Origin: Cystobasidiomycetes sp. EMM_F5
Taxonomy: Eukaryota
Assembly: GCA_051047955.1 (NCBI GenBank)
Contig: JBPGPT010000012.1
Coordinates: forward strand, 372,001 to 436,000
Reading direction: 5' to 3'
Length of the DNA: 64,000 bases
The position numbers and the translations under genes are program-made. The notes beneath the pieces were generated by a model. That model was given only the letters and a program-made list of their open reading frames with translations, did not search any database and was not told where the DNA came from. Below, piece by piece: positions 23,383-33,989 of the stretch. The stretch's first letter is position 1. Each line of letters starts with the position of its first letter.

Positions 23383-24833
23383 ATGCTCTCAGCTCTTCCC
23401 TCCCTCTTCGTCCTCACTGCATCGTTGACGATGCTGATCCCAAACGCACAAGCAAACGCCAGCGTTGCGGCCATCGTGTTGGCGGGACCTTCCATCCTGG
23501 CCGCGACATCCAACTCCACAATAGTATCGACGAAAGCCCCGGTGGCTTCTAGCTTCACAGTACCTGTACCAGCGTCGACCTCAACCATTCCAGTGTCAAC
23601 TTCAGCCCCGTCCATGGCAGCATCAGCACTAGCTGCTGCGTACGCTTTGGACAATACTTTTAATTTCGCGCCACCGCCGACAGCTACAAGCCCCGCCTTC
23701 CTATACATTGCAGCACAGTGGTATGCATGGCAAGGAAAGCTTTTCGGAGGAGACACGCGTCAGATCAATTTCGTGAATGATCCGTTTCCGCCATCCCCAC
23801 CATCAAATACGTCTGCTCCCGTACTGCAGGTCAACTACCCGAAAGGCTCGTACAGACAAGCCACCGCAGATTCCAATGGAGGGGCTAGCTTTTATCCTAC
23901 TCCGCCAGTCATGTCCAACGCAACGCGTGCGCTACTCACGTACGAAGTGGCTTTCAGCTCCCAGTTTGACTGGGTCAAAGGTGGAAAGCTGCCCGGTCTT
24001 TGGGCTGGCGGGAAGAATGGATCAGTCTGCTCTGGAGGTAGCGAGAGTGATGGAGCATGCTTTAGCGCAAGACTCATGTGGAGAGCCAACGGGACAGGCG
24101 AAGGTAGGCAGCTCGACAGAGAATTTTGGATTGTCAATCTAATCAGCCCATTGCGCAGTCTACGTATACCTGCCTCCAGTGAACAACTTGTGCGTCAACG
24201 GTACTAGCACTCGAGTTGCGCCTGGCTCGCCGTCGATATCGTGCAACGACGATTATGGTCTGTCTGTCGGGAGAGGGAGCTTTGCATTTGCAAAGTCAAA
24301 GTGAGTCCAGTCTGAACGATGAGCAGGCCTGAGGATCTCTCTGATTTTATTGCCAGATATACCCAGGTCGCCTTGTATGTTCAGCTCAATTCGCAGCCAA
24401 CAGCCCTTGACGGAAAATTGGAATTTTATGCGAATGGCATCAAAGTCATCTCTCTGGACAACATCAATTTCCTGTCGAGTACTGGTGCTACTCTCAGGTA
24501 TGCTGGAGGGCGCTGTGCAAAATCACTTGATAGTGTGGATTTCCTGACACGCTTTTCCTTGCTTCCAGGACTTTCTTCTCCACGTTCTTTGGCGGGCACG
24601 ATGCAACGTGGGCGTCTACATCCGATAATGCGCAATCATACTATAGGAATATGCAGGTATGGATTGCAATGAATCAGTCGTCTGCTTCAGCTATGGTCAT
24701 CCCTGTCGCGAGCGACCACAACCGTGCGGAAGCCAATGTCAGTATCTCAAGCAGTTCCGCAGCGCAAGTTACAAATACAAAGATGTGTGTGACAGCTGTA
24801 TCGCTCGCCACACTCCTCTGCTTCCTGTCATGA
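23383..24833 (+). CDS. Polysaccharide lyase family 14 (alginate/glucuronan lyase-like), secreted, possibly GPI-anchored
   Basis: Signal peptide, Ser/Thr linker, VNYPKGSY, FDWVKGGKLPGL, CFSARLMWR..G.GE and FFSTFFGG. Hydrophobic C-terminus. Confidence 0.88.
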
Positions 24834-25184
24834 GGTAGCAGCACCCGTCTTTCAGGAACCGGTATCGGTGGCGATTCTGCCGTGCACCGCGCACACGCAT
24901 GTATCATAACGTTAGGATTCGTCTCAGCAAATGTGTACATATGTAATTGATAAACAATGCCAGCGAGGCTGTACCGCTTACTTCCCACCTTTTACATGCG
25001 ACTTCAGGGATACGACGAATTTGGAAAGGCGTCGCGCCTCAGACCACACCGTGACCTCGAAAGGGCAGCTCCGACAGCGGACCAGAGAAAATATTAACAG
25101 AGTCAGGCAATGGTGCATGTAGCTGACCTTGCTCCACTGCCCTTCACACCGCAACCCTGCTGACCGTTCTGATCTGCCGTAAAA

Positions 25185-26703
25185 ATGACCCGTACATTCT
25201 CCACAACACTGACAATGATGGTCGCGGCGACGAGTCTCTTGGGAATAGTTGATGCTGCTCCAACAAGAGAAGCCTCTCTCCTCCCGAAAAGAGGCATCTG
25301 GGAGGAAGCCCGTCATGTGTTCCCCTTGCAAAAATCCAAGCGAGGCATTCGACGTCGCGCACTGGCTTCGTCTACTCAGCCTTGGCTAGACGCAGACGCT
25401 GCTGCCAATGGCACCTATACACCCGGTCCAGCTAACAATGGCAGTCGGATGGGTTTAGCTATCCACGGCGTTGACGAATGTAGGTCGCGTACATGGGCTT
25501 TCGTCATGCATTATTAGCTGAAGTCTACTCAAATCATGTTTGTCTAGTGTACAGCGTTACAATGATGGTCGGCACACCACCACTTCCCTTCAAGATGCAA
25601 ATCGATACTGGCAGTCCGTGGGTTTGGGTGCCGTATACTGGATGTGCGTCTTGCGCCGGTGGTGCGCAGACTACTGGTCCCAACGTATCTTCTACCATGA
25701 CGATGCCGAAGGACGCCAGCGGCAGCCCTTATACCCAGGTTTTCGGCTACGGAGGTGGCCAGGTAGCTGGTAAGCACTTTTTGATGGAGCATTGCGCTTG
25801 GATGGTGACAGTCTCGTTCAGCTGAGTTGACCGAAGACTACGTGTCCCTCGGCAACATGTCACTTGGTAAGACCGGAGTGGCTCTGGCTGGACAGACTCA
25901 GGGCTACAGCGTGTGCGTCAGGTATTCAAACGGAGCAGGCTCACATTCAGCTTACAAATCTCCGCAGCGAGAGCTATGACGGAATTTTAGGCATGAGCAA
26001 GCCTTCTCAGGACAATTTCACTGAAGCTCAAGGATCCAATTACTTGGCGACTCTACAGAAGAACGGAATCATAGCGACACGACAGTTTGGACTCGCCTTA
26101 GGTCGTGTTGCCGATCTCAATACTACCGGCAATCATGGCACCTTTACTTTAGGGGGCGTCGATGCCTCCCAAATTGAGGGATCTCTTGTCGAATTCCCAG
26201 ATGCTCAACCTAACAACGCGCTCTATGGCGGGAATGTCACCAAGCTCACAGTCGACGGCAAGAGTGTAGTACTCAATACGACATTTCCAGGGGCGCTCTT
26301 CGATAGCGGATGCAGTAAGCAGACAATGGCGCAACCCAAACGATGCCTGGCTGATACAAGTCTCCCCCTCGTAGCACAAATCATCATGCCCGATGCTGTC
26401 GCGGCGGGCATTCATAGCCTCATTCCAGGCGCGATGATGGTTGGAGACGGCCAGACGTACGCCATACCTTGCAATACCACATCGAGTATCGCTGTGTCGA
26501 TTGGCGGAGCGTCATGGCCAATTGCCGTCAAAGATCTGATGACGGAACGTGCTGATGGTTTCACTCAAGACAACTACTGTCAGTCTAATATTGAGTATGG
26601 CCATGGTGTGACCGACATGATACTGGGCGACGTCTTCCTCAAAAATGTTTACCTTGCGGTGGACATGGATTCAAAGATGATTGGGCTTGGCAAGCGCAAG
26701 TAG
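25185..26703 (+). CDS. Secreted pepsin-like (A1) aspartic protease
   Basis: Signal peptide, IDTGS, YGGG flap, DGILGM, FDSGC|T and ILGDVFLKNVY. Confidence 0.92.
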
Positions 26704-26901
26704 CGATGGACATGCATGAAAACATCTGCAACTCTTGTAACAATAGCTGTCGTATATTCACCGTTCTGCTTATGCGGTGTTAGTGTCTCATATGGCCGGT
26801 CGCGGAGATGTTAATTCGTATTTCGTGTTACATGGATTCATATAGTGACAATAGTGTTCATTCGGAAGGCAGGCTACGATGATTTCCTCTCTGGCACCTT
26901 A

Positions 26902-27141
26902 TCACACACGGCGTGGACGAGTTGAGGCCCTCCCCTGCGGAGAAACAACAGCTTGCGGACGAAGGGCCGCCAGATTTGGTCCGGTAGGACGATCAGCAGC
27001 TACGTTAATATTACTGTCAGCCGCACTTGTATGCGCTCTCGCCGAGAATTCATCCTGCTCACCTGTCGTGGGCATTCCAGCTAGGTTTCGATTATAGCCG
27101 CCACGGCCCTGGAGAGGCTTGTGAAGATTGAAAACCGGCAT
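26902..27141 (-). CDS. Micro-gene A: 58-aa Arg-rich peptide with GRGGYN motif
   Basis: Exons 27141-27063 and 26999-26902, intron 27062-27000 (GTGAGC..GCTGAC..TAG, phase 1). Product MPVFNLHKPLQGRGGYNRNLAGMPTTAADRPTGPNLAALRPQAVVSPQGRASTRPRRV. TATAAAA and a CT-rich leader lie upstream. Confidence 0.7.
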   Translation of the reverse strand: MPVFNLHKPLQGRGGYNRNLAGMPTTGEQDEFSARAHTSAADSNINVAADRPTGPNLAALRPQAVVSPQGRASTRPRRV

Positions 27142-27252
27142 TGCTGATAGACTTTCGTGATTTAGTCGAAGATGGAGGATTTGGAATGAAGAAAGATGTA
27201 CTGAGGAGCAGGATGAGCAGAAAGCAGGACAGGACCGGTGGAGGAACCCGCA

Positions 27253-27259
27253 TTTTATA
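27253..27259 (-). promoter_or_regulatory. TATA box (TATAAAA) upstream of micro-gene A
   Basis: Consensus TATA about 110 nt upstream of ATG 27141, followed by a pyrimidine-rich leader. Confidence 0.5.
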
Positions 27260-27687
27260 GTCGACCTTGCCATAGGTTGGAAGTGTCCTTTGTTGAGTAC
27301 GCTGTGCTGCCCTGTTTTTGCGTAGCTTTGTCATTCACATCGGGAACGCTGTGCCTTCGGTTTTGTCTTGGTGTGACGGCGGTGTTGTTGGGTGGTAGGG
27401 TCAGTTGACAAATTTACACGTTGAACCGCGCAGGAAGGACGCGTTCGAGCTGTCTAGCAGCAAATTGCGGATCATTCATGTTGCAGACTGGGTTTAGCAG
27501 GAAAACTTCGGTGAGCGCTACGAACAGGAACAGCGGCTGCCGTGAATGACTTCATTGATTAATTAGGACTGTATGCGTGGAGGACGACAGGTTGAACAAA
27601 TCTAGGGTTGAAGGAAAACTATTTGGCTCTTTTCTGGATGTGGATTAAGGTCAACAAGACAATAACGACTTGTCCAGAGGATGTTGA

Positions 27688-27938
27688 CTAGCGATAGAGT
27701 GGCGGTTGTTGATAGGTTGGCATCATCCCCATGCCGTTTCGGCCAGCATGAATGTTGTGCATACCCAAGCCTGAGGAGCATGCGATATTTAGATTTGGGC
27801 TTTCATGCCAGGCGCCTTTGATGTCATCTTACCCGGTTGTACCATCATGATGACCGGCTGGCTGCCCGTGTTACGACTGCGCACGCCTGCGCGGGGTCTA
27901 CCAGGACGGTAATTACGAGGAACGTTGCGTACGGGCAT
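27688..27938 (-). CDS. Micro-gene B: 62-aa Arg-rich peptide, divergent member of the array
   Basis: Exons 27938-27833 and 27770-27688, intron 27832-27771 (GTAAGA..CTAAA..CAG, phase 1). Product MPVRNVPRNYRPGRPRAGVRSRNTGSQPVIMMVQPGLGMHNIHAGRNGMGMMPTYQQPPLYR. Confidence 0.6.
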
Positions 27939-28514
27939 GGCTTGAGCTGAGTGTATATGGCCGGAAAGTCTGCTTTGAAGTATGCCGGTCTCTTGATGAA
28001 TGAGACACTGTTGAGAGCAGAGGAGAGATGGCTCCGGGCGGACTGAGCCGTATTTACACCCATCTGGGTGCCAACAAATATAGCGGAGAGGCGTTGCTCA
28101 AGGCTGGGTCCAGAGTCAGCTGATATGCGCACCTGATCTGCGTCTGTCGATGCTGTGCTCGGTGTGTCCGGCATGTCACCGGTCTGCCACAGAGACAGGC
28201 CACTCCATAATTGCCAAGTCTGCAATGCGTGTGCTCGAGCAATTCATTCAGAGCAAAAGCAGTAGTGAGGAAGCGGTAGAGTCACGTCTTCGTTGTCTGG
28301 AACGCCATACAAATACAATCCCAGTACAAAACCAGACCGTTGCAAATTGTCAGTGTTGTCAAACGCAGCTATCTGGTATACATTCAGAAAGAGTCAAGAG
28401 GAGCAGATCCAGACAAGTTCAGGACAGCAAATCAGATATACGTAAACGGATGATGCAGGGGGATATACGATGCGTGATTGCGAAGTGGATATGTCAAGCT
28501 TCAGCCACCGAGGA

Positions 28515-28763
28515 TCACCGCTGACGTGCCCGTATCGTCTCTCGCATTCCTGATTGAAAGACCTGGCTCGGCACCGGCACTCCAATCGTTGGCGCTGGGT
28601 ATTGGAGACACGGAAATTAGACGGGCACGATATTGCATGTTAACATCCACGTACTTGGTCTGCCGGATCGTGTTGCGGGCAGGATAGTATTGTAACCACC
28701 GCGTCCTATCCGTTGTCTGCGCGCAGGCGTATTGCCAGGTTGAGTCGTATACGTGAAGACCAT
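28515..28763 (-). CDS. Micro-gene C: 62-aa Arg-rich peptide with IGRGGYNT motif
   Basis: Exons 28763-28655 and 28594-28515, intron 28654-28595 (GTACGT..CTAAT..CAG, phase 1, contains an in-frame stop). Product MVFTYTTQPGNTPARRQRIGRGGYNTILPATRSGRPTPTIGVPVPSQVFQSGMRETIRARQR. Confidence 0.72.
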
Positions 28764-29098
28764 ATCTTACTGGAGACAAGATCGGATAAATGATATGTTG
28801 AGTGACGGATGATGCTGTATGGAGATGTTGCAAGCGCGCTGACTAAAGCTGCAGTCGAACGTAAAAGGCTGCTGCAAGGCTGGTGACCGCCTCTTAGTCT
28901 GTCGTGCAGCGCCCGACTGTGCCCAGTGCGGCAAAAGGTAAACCGGCATCAGCGTGAAGACCAGAGGTATAGCATGGTTGGGACAATGTTTCAAATTTAG
29001 AGTAAGGAGGTGTTATTCAAGAGTTTAACGGTGGAGATATTCAGGTGATCATACATTGATTCTGCGATACCAGAATGGAGCGGCTCGCACTATCTTAC

Positions 29099-29336
29099 TC
29101 ATCGCAATGGCCGAAATGACCCCGGACTGGCACCCTGTAGAGTTTGCTGGTACGCGGCTATCATTGCGCTCGATCCTGTCAATGACGTACGCAAGATCAG
29201 TCGAAATGAGCTTATAACGGACGAAATATGTACACGTACCTCTCGCAGGCGTATTGTAACCACGTCGTCCAATCTGACGGGTGCGAATAGATGGATTCGG
29301 ACGGGAGGGAAGTGCAACGACCACTGTTTTAGGCAT
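29099..29336 (-). CDS. Micro-gene D: 57-aa Arg-rich peptide with IGRRGYNT motif
   Basis: Exons 29336-29240 and 29175-29099, intron 29239-29176 (GTACGT..CTGAT..CAG, phase 1). Product MPKTVVVALPSRPNPSIRTRQIGRRGYNTPARGSSAMIAAYQQTLQGASPGSFRPLR. Confidence 0.72.
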
Positions 29337-29828
29337 TGTGTGAGTACAGCGTGATTATAGAGTCAGCTGTCGATAGGACTACAAGAAGCGCTGATGTGGA
29401 GAGCGAGAGATGAAAGCCAAAGAAGAGCGAATCCCGCGTTGGAGCAATGAACGGCACCGACTACTGCACACGCTGCTGTGTCGCCGAGACAATATCTGCC
29501 GGCGTTCGCCCGGCGGTCTCAGGCTTCTCGCACGCTGCAGGACAAGTCAGTTCAATAAGTCGTGCAATGTGGTGAAGCTTAAAGAAGCGAGCATCGGAAC
29601 CCGCTGCGGAGAGTCACGACTAACGACAGAACGGCCATGTCGTCGTCTTACAAAAGCTGCACGCTCAACGGCGTGTGCTATGTCAGCGGGCACGGGAAGT
29701 TGTCAGACGGAACCAAGTAGAGCAGTGAAGCAACAGCGATACGGTGGAAGCTGAAAAGCAGTGAGCACTGAGCACACTGCAGCATTGCTTGTAGAGTAGC
29801 CCATGTTCTATACGCTACACCCCAATCC

Positions 29829-32700
29829 ATGCTTTGGTCGCAGTGCTCGAGCCCAGTGTTTGCGAAGGCTGATGCGCAACGACGGGCAGTCACGGTGACG
29901 GCAGGATCTCCGAGGTTATCGTACGGGAGCAGCGGATTCCAGAGCAGCAGCACTCCACCCAACACTGCCAATCCGAGTACTGCTGGTGCAGTCTCCGCTG
30001 TCACACAAAGTGAGCCTCGCCGTTTGTCTTGTCAAAGTGTTTCCCGCTTAATCTTGTCCGTAAATCCAGGCCCACTTGGCAGAGTCGAGAGCAGTCGCAG
30101 TCCCGCAGGCGGAGACGGCAGCAGCAGCCTTATTGCCAGCCATACTGCTGACAGCCCTTCGACCAGCAGGAGCATCACTCAGCCGTCCATCACCCAGTCG
30201 TCGACATCGTCGTCGCTTCCTATCACTTTACGCGAGGCTGATCAGGGCAGAATTATTGACGGCGATAGCGAGACTATCAGCTGGAGCAGCAGTAGTAATC
30301 CAGCAAGCAGTACCGGAGCATCACTCCATCCAGCATCCTCGACTCTGTCGGGCGCTGCCTCCAGCTCGCCAGTCTACTCCAGCTCTGGGAGCAATTCCAG
30401 CTCGGGGTCTGATAATTATTCCCGGTCATCCACGACGGCTTCCATTTCGAGCTCGAGCTCGGGTCTGACGTCCCCCACGCTCTCTCCTTCTTTATACACA
30501 GGCCGCAACAGAACAATCAGCACTGCATCCTCGTTCACCTTCTCATTCAACTCGTCCAGCAGTGGGAGCAGTACTCTGACATCGCCTCTGCCGACAGAGA
30601 CTGAATTGGAGACGGATGATTCGCCAACGAGCACAGCTTCGACGAGCAGTCTGAGTGCGAGCCACACGGAGACTGTCTCGCACAACACCACTAGCAGTCG
30701 ATCCACTCTCACTTCATCATCGGCGACAACGGCAAGGCGGACGACATCTTCTCGGGCAACTACAGCGACAACCATGAGCGGGAACGGGAGCACGTCTAGC
30801 TCTGTGACAGGGACCGGTACCAGTGCTTCTCTTTCACCATCCGAGACTAGACTACCAAGAACAGACAACGACGGTTCTACGGTCACTTCGCCCACCTCGG
30901 TCACAAACTCATCCATTTCTCCGACGAGTTTGGTCTCTAGTACATCGAGCACCATTCCATCATCGAGCTCATCCAGCTCCACAATCGCGTCAAATAACAC
31001 CACCATCTCATCTACGTCCACATCTTTGTCCTCGTTGGTGAACGGTACCAGGTCGCGCTCGACAAGTCTCTCAACTTCGACATCTTTAACAATCAATGGT
31101 ACAAGCTCAACGACGTCCAATAGCACAGTCACGCGGAGTCGTTCTACCTCACTTACTACCTCAAGCCAAAACTCCACTCTGTTGCGCAGCTCTAGCGGAA
31201 CTTCGACAAGCAGTAATGCGACTGTCATTGTCGCTCTACCCGCTTCGCCGGTGTCATTGACAGACACGAGTATCACTCCATTACCCACGTCCCGTATAGC
31301 GAGTAATATAGCACAGACTACCGCTCCCGTGCATAAAGCCGACGTTACCCCATCGACTGTCGATGATCCGGATCCGTCCAGCACAAGACAGCCGTCACTC
31401 AATGATGGTGGATCAGCAATGACACAGTCTGGCAAATTGATCGGTGGTGTCATTGCAGGCGTTGCAGTGCTAATTATCATTGTAGTAGCCATGTTTTGGC
31501 TGATGGGCAAGGTATGTCTGTCCCGTCCTTGTCCAAGTGCCAAGTCCTTGCTAAGCGATTTGTTTCAAACAGCGGCGGCGCAACAAGTTTGTACGGCCGA
31601 TTATCGAACGAATGCATCCGACTGGCAGCCAGTACTCGATTCCAGGCATGCTGACGGCGAATACTCGGCGATCCCGGGCATTTAGCATCGATTCTACGTC
31701 TACCTACAGCACGCATGCAGGTCCTCATAGTCCAGGTACTCGCGGTCATTCTCCTCCGCTCCACAATGGCGCAATCCCCGGCTACGGTATACCCTCCTCT
31801 CCACCCCAGATGTCTACAATCTACAGACAAACGTCAGACCAGTCAGACATGTCCTTCCTGCCTTCTGCCATGGTCGGAACGACTTCTTCGCACTCGAGAA
31901 AACCGACATACAGGTCCTTTGAAAGTGCGGCTAGTATGGCTCTGTCCAACCAGCTCGTATCACCTCCCGCTACTACTCCAAGTCGAGCATTAGATCACGA
32001 TGAAGAGGATCCGTTTGCGTCGTCGGGCTCGTCAGGACACGGTCATCATTCTGGAGCTGCCTCCTTTTCCGGTCAAGGTCATTCCAGACAGCCTTCGGAT
32101 GCTACCCATGCCACGACAGTCTATACCACGCGTAATCACTTGCTGTCAGACTCGACTGGCTCAAAACAAGAGACGGAGGTGCCTGGCGTCTTTGTCGTGC
32201 CTTCCTCGAGTCAGGGTCATAATGACTCTACAGCTGCCCATCGCAACAGTGTCGCAGCGTCTTTCGATAATGATGACGTTCCGTACCTTCCTAAATCACC
32301 GGCTCTGCGGCCAACGAGACTCGAGCGCCGCACTACGGATCCCTTCACAAACAAAAACAGACTGCGAGTCATCAACCCGGACGAGGATAGTCTGAATAGG
32401 ATTTCGACACCCACCTCGGCAACTATGCTTCGACCTGGCTCGGCCGCTTCGCAGGCTAGCATGGCAAGCCGATACTCGGATTTTTACTATGATAATCACA
32501 TGCCTCCGATGTCTACGCTAGCTGTAGCCAATCCGTCCTCGTCGACGAATTTCGGAGACGAGATGGAGGAACTCGGTACATCCCGCAAGTCGAGGCATCT
32601 AAGTATCAATCTTCCTAACCAGAAATCGCCATTTGATGATTCAGCCTCTGTTTACACACCCAACGAAGTCAACACCGTCGGCTTCTTCAGCGGGCATTGA
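29829..32700 (+). CDS. Ser/Thr-rich single-pass membrane mucin (Mid2/Wsc-type surface sensor-like)
   Basis: About 500 aa Ser/Thr-rich ectodomain with many N-x-S/T sequons, TM LIGGVIAGVAVLIIIVVAMFWLM, then K|RRR after an intron. Cytoplasmic tail has DPF/SPF motifs. Start uncertain. Confidence 0.7.
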
Positions 32701-33115
32701 ATGGGGCGGCTGCACGAGTGGTGAAACAACTAAACAACACGCAATACCTTCGCGAGTTCAGCTGCGAAGGACTTTACGCCTTTACGACTTTGACATGACA
32801 AGGATATATTACTTCGACATATACGTTAATTCAGGAGATGGTTGAGTGATGGAGAAACGAAAATAATGGCGATTAGAACAATCAGAGGGCTCTTTGTGAG
32901 CGTAGTATGATGGACAGTTTGGGTCAGGTGGGAGGACTAGAGGTGCAGTTCTCTTCGGCGTTGATGTTGTTGTCGTCTAGCTGCGTTATTAAAAAGACAA
33001 TCTATGTGCGACCTTGATGCCTGCAGAGTTGCAACGTCTTTATTCTGGGCCGAATGCGAAGCTAACGTTGCTTCCCTGCGGACTGGACTTGCGAATTCAG
33101 CAGTATACGACCAAC

Positions 33116-33765
33116 ATGGCGCTCGCAAGGTCATCCAGTGTGAGCACAGAACGGCTAAAGGTTGACTGGGCTCGCAGGCATAGCTGACATATACACGTCT
33201 GTTCGGATACAGTCAAAGATACCGCCAGATGTGAACCGGATCCTGTACGTCAAGAACATGTCCTTTGCGACCAAAGGCGAAGTGAGTAGGAAACTGGCAA
33301 AGGTCTGTATGTATCTGCACATCCCGCTGACCTCCCTCTGGTTTTGCTTCGGTTGCCGCAGGATCTATACGAGCTCTTTGGACGGTACGGTGGAATTCGC
33401 CAAATCAGGCTAGGCAACTCGCAAAAGACACGAGGAACAGCATATGTTGTCTATGAGGATATACACGATGTGCGCTCAGCTGGCTTTCTGGCTTTCATGC
33501 CTTCATATAGCTGACGAAAACGGACAGGCTAAAAACGCTTTTGACAATCTGAATGGTTTCCATCTGCAAGACCGGTATCTGGTTGGTAAGTCTGCTTATT
33601 TCCTCTGACATATCAGTATGTAGAAAGATCTAATCGTCCGAATTCACATTTCCAGTTCTGTATCACGCAGCCACAAAAACTGGAGTCAGGGCTGACCTCG
33701 CCCGAAGAGAGGCTGAGTTGCAAGCCAAGAAGCAAGCGTTTGGTGGGTCCCTGATGAGCGTATAA
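33116..33765 (+). CDS. SF3B6: Pre-mRNA branch site protein p14 (SF3b subunit 6)
   Basis: Spliced [15 protein letters not shown]..|[56 protein letters not shown]. Confidence 0.93.
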
Positions 33766-33989
33766 TGTTCTGGCTTTGGTGCTGAGTGACTGTGACGAGC
33801 AGACATCAAGGACGAATAAGGACGATATGGCTTGGACTGTTTTGCGCGATATATACATTGTCGTTGTACCATTGACGAGCTGGAGGTTCATATGCTATAC
33901 GTAACATTTATAACCGAGCACGCTAGCATGCGGCTCTCTCATCGTCCTTTTCTCGTATTTACATTATCAAGATGGAGGCCTTGCATTGT

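Noticed and set aside
27287..27294. AACAAAGG (minus strand), resembling an HMG-box / pheromone-response element upstream of micro-gene A
   Set aside because: A single short match that I did not see repeated upstream of the other three genes, so it is compatible with chance.
26902..29336. Micro-genes as mating pheromone precursors (STE11 is about 23 kb away)
   Set aside because: None has a C-terminal CAAX or any Cys, and no STE3 receptor or homeodomain gene is in the window.
30416..31543. 375-aa Val/Glu/Leu-rich antisense ORF
   Set aside because: Shadow of the Ser/Thr-rich mucin codons on the opposite strand.
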